A stretch of 24,000 bases of DNA from an uncultured bacterium. Lineage in GTDB: Bacteria; Vulcanimicrobiota; Vulcanimicrobiia; Vulcanimicrobiales; Vulcanimicrobiaceae. Positions 22,418 to 24,000 of this stretch are shown piece by piece (position 1 is the stretch's first letter; every line of letters begins with the position of its first letter). The stretch covers positions 23,666 to 47,665 of the forward strand of contig CAZERJ010000004.1 of assembly GCA_964514445.1 (NCBI GenBank), read 5' to 3'. Position numbers and translations under genes: made by a program. The notes under the pieces were generated by a model that worked only from the letters and a program-made list of their open reading frames with translations, searched no databases and was not told where the DNA came from.

Positions 22418-23032
22418 ATGAAACGCGGGAACGCCAAAGCTGCAACCGTTTCAAAAATCTCGTTCAAAGCGACGCTCTGCGAGCCGGCGCAGAATGGAAA
22501 GGCGCCATCATGGGTCTTTCTTACGCTGCCGAAGAACGCAAGTGCTAAGCTGCCGACGCGCGGCATGACGTCGGTTGAAGGCACCATCAATGACGCGCCG
22601 TTTCGAGCGACGCTGGAACCCGACGGTCAAGGAAGTCACTGGCTGAAGGTTGACCGCAAGCTGCGCAACGCTGCGGGTGCCGACGTCGGCGATGTTGTTG
22701 CGCTGGAGATCGCGCTGGCGAAAGAACAACTCGAGCCAAGCGTGCCGGCGGATGTGCGCAAAGCTCTTGCCGCCGCCCCAAAAGCGCATGAGGTATGGGC
22801 TGACATTACACCGGTCGCGCGTCGCGATTGGATTCTGTGGATCACGTCCGCCAAACAAGCAGAGACGCGCGAACGCCGCATCAAGAACGCGTGCGAAATG
22901 CTGGCTAGTGGAAAGCGGCGCGTTTGCTGCTTCGATCGCTCCGGAATCTACAGCAAAAGCTTGAGTGCGCCGGTCGCTAAATCGAGGGTGGTTCCCGTCC
23001 GGCCTAACGGGAGAGGCGACTCGACGCCCTAG
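22418..23032 (+). CDS. DUF1905 + YdeI/OmpD-associated domain protein
   Basis: 204 aa. DUF1905 part: ISFKATL...WVFLTLPKNASAKLPTRGMTSVEGTINDAPFRATLEPDGQGSHWLKV. YdeI-like part: PADVRKALAAAPKAHEVWADITPVARRDWILWITSAKQAETRERRIKNACEMLASGKRR. Confidence 0.9.
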   Translation: MKRGNAKAATVSKISFKATLCEPAQNGKAPSWVFLTLPKNASAKLPTRGMTSVEGTINDAPFRATLEPDGQGSHWLKVDRKLRNAAGADVGDVVALEIALAKEQLEPSVPADVRKALAAAPKAHEVWADITPVARRDWILWITSAKQAETRERRIKNACEMLASGKRRVCCFDRSGIYSKSLSAPVAKSRVVPVRPNGRGDSTP

Positions 23033-23079
23033 CCAAGCATGGCTCAATCGGGCTAAAATTTAGTCCAAAGGAGACCGCC

Positions 23080-23808
23080 GTGCCACGAGCCCTCACGAGC
23101 TATCTATTATTAGCGATGACAGCCGCCTTTGCGCTGGCAGCCTGCGGGGGTGCAGGTTCTGCTCCTTCTTCTATGTCTTCAATAGCTGCGTCACCGGCGA
23201 GCTTAAGTCAAAATCTGTTAGGTGGATCGCCGCAATCGTTTCAGATTGCCCTCACCGGAACCGGTTTGGATGGCTTGCAATGGAGCGCTCCGGATCTTTC
23301 GTTTTTAAGCGTATCGATCGGCTCTGTCACTGCGACGTCGGCGGCGCTCAACGTTGAGTTAACCAGCGCAGGCACGACAACGATAAGCGTGCACACTGCA
23401 AACGGCGCCTCAGTGCAGATTCCGGTGACGAGCGTTGTTTGCGGGCGGCCGGACCTGATGAGTTACGCACGATTAATATTCCCTGCGGACGGCGCGCACG
23501 CCGTGCCAGTAAATACGTCTTCGTATTTCATTGAAGTCGCCGGGATGGCGCCAGCGAGCTCACCGTTCGAACCGGCGCTGCACGCGCATTTTGTCGTGAA
23601 CAACACGTCGACGGTGGACCCGCAGCCATCGCTTTCACCTGCAGTTCCACCGCCGGGCGCCGCAACGCCAAATCCGGCTCCGACCGGCGCGGTCGGTTAC
23701 GAAATGGGAATTATGCCGCAACTTTCCGCCGCCACGACGTACACTGTTTACGTGTACGACGATTCATGTCAGTATCCGTGGAACGCCGGATCGTTCACGA
23801 CGAAATGA
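23080..23808 (+). CDS. Lipoprotein of unknown function with Ig-like beta-rich region
   Basis: AAGGAG lies 7 nt before GTG-23080. MPRALTSYLLLAMTAAFALAAC-GGAGS gives a signal peptide with lipobox LAAC. The rest of the 242-aa protein is Ser/Thr/Ala-rich and beta-like. Confidence 0.75.
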   Translation: MPRALTSYLLLAMTAAFALAACGGAGSAPSSMSSIAASPASLSQNLLGGSPQSFQIALTGTGLDGLQWSAPDLSFLSVSIGSVTATSAALNVELTSAGTTTISVHTANGASVQIPVTSVVCGRPDLMSYARLIFPADGAHAVPVNTSSYFIEVAGMAPASSPFEPALHAHFVVNNTSTVDPQPSLSPAVPPPGAATPNPAPTGAVGYEMGIMPQLSAATTYTVYVYDDSCQYPWNAGSFTTK

Positions 23809-24000
23809 ACGCTACGCGCTCGGTCGTCTTGAACGCTTCTTTGTTAGCAGTTGTGTATTGCGCGATCGCGCCCGCGCGTGTTTCAGCGGCGCAGTGCGCA
23901 GAGCCGAACGCAGAGGCGAAAGCCGTTCACACCGTAACGCCAGCTTATCCGCGGGAAGCCGCTAGTAAGGCACTTGAAGGTGGCGTTACCGTGCGCGTTA
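23805..24000 (+). CDS. Partial ORF (3'-truncated by window end): secreted protein with TonB-C-terminal-like start
   Basis: Not in the ORF track. ATG-23805 overlaps the upstream stop (ATGA). My translation gives MNATRSVVLNASLLAVVYCAIAPARVSAAQCAEPNAEAKAVHTVTPAYPREAASKALEGGVTVRV..., with no stop before the window end. The signal peptide plus the P.YP......G.V.V.V pattern is typical of TonB_C domains. Confidence 0.5.
   Translation, partial: MNATRSVVLNASLLAVVYCAIAPARVSAAQCAEPNAEAKAVHTVTPAYPREAASKALEGGVTVRV

Noticed and set aside
22318-22590. N-terminal ~91-aa extension of track ORF 22021..22590
   Set aside because: It overlaps the divergent DUF1905/YdeI gene and its upstream region. MDR-family homology begins only at MLALQYSQFG (ATG-22317).
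1-24000. Scan for tRNA/rRNA genes, CRISPR arrays, transposases, integrases, phage genes, or toxin-antitoxin and defence cassettes
   Set aside because: I found no cloverleaf-compatible segments in the non-coding gaps, no regularly spaced repeat-spacer arrays, and no recombinase-like ORFs. The STAND proteins carry DNA-binding outputs rather than effector (nuclease or protease) domains, so I read them as regulators rather than Avs-like defence NTPases.

Overview
This is a GC-rich bacterial chromosomal window. The host is probably diderm, because the window encodes an outer-membrane usher, several lipoproteins and a TonB-C-like protein. I cannot assign a taxon from the sequence alone. I support about 27 genes or gene remnants. 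I recognised no rRNA, tRNA, CRISPR array, transposase or integrase.

Left part (1-5.0 kb, + strand): a secreted hypothetical protein, an M28/PA-domain metallopeptidase, and a lipoprotein with a Ser/Thr-rich linker and a GH114-like glycoside-hydrolase-like domain. Two strong intrinsic terminators are present.

Centre (5.06-16.06 kb), the most interesting part:
- Minus strand: two collinear paralogous large regulators of 895 and 779 aa. Each has a MalT-like STAND N-terminus and a C-terminal SARP-type winged-helix (+BTAD) output, and each has a differently degenerate P-loop.
- Between the paralogs sit three small genes of unknown function: an ABM-like protein, a lipoprotein and a 106-aa protein. 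A 55-aa ORF missing from the ORF track follows the first paralog.
- Plus strand, divergent from the second paralog: a minimal four-gene archaic (sigma/Csu-type) chaperone-usher operon, in the order SCPU subunit, chaperone, usher, second SCPU subunit.
- The divergent intergenic region carries three GACAC direct repeats at 12- and 11-bp spacing. This is the arrangement expected for a SARP-type binding site.
- A strong hairpin terminator/attenuator separates the major subunit gene from the chaperone gene.

Right part (16-24 kb): a PatB/MalY-type PLP C-S lyase, a DUF1801 protein, a VOC/glyoxalase-fold protein, an ECF sigma factor with a fused NTF2/SnoaL-like domain translationally coupled to a class I/II aminotransferase, a pstS C-terminal remnant, a TMEM175/DUF1211 channel homologue, a disrupted MDR-family oxidoreductase, a DUF1905/YdeI protein, a lipoprotein, and a partial TonB-C-like ORF that runs off the window.

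Many long ORFs in the track are antisense or alternate-frame shadows typical of GC-rich DNA, and I rejected them.
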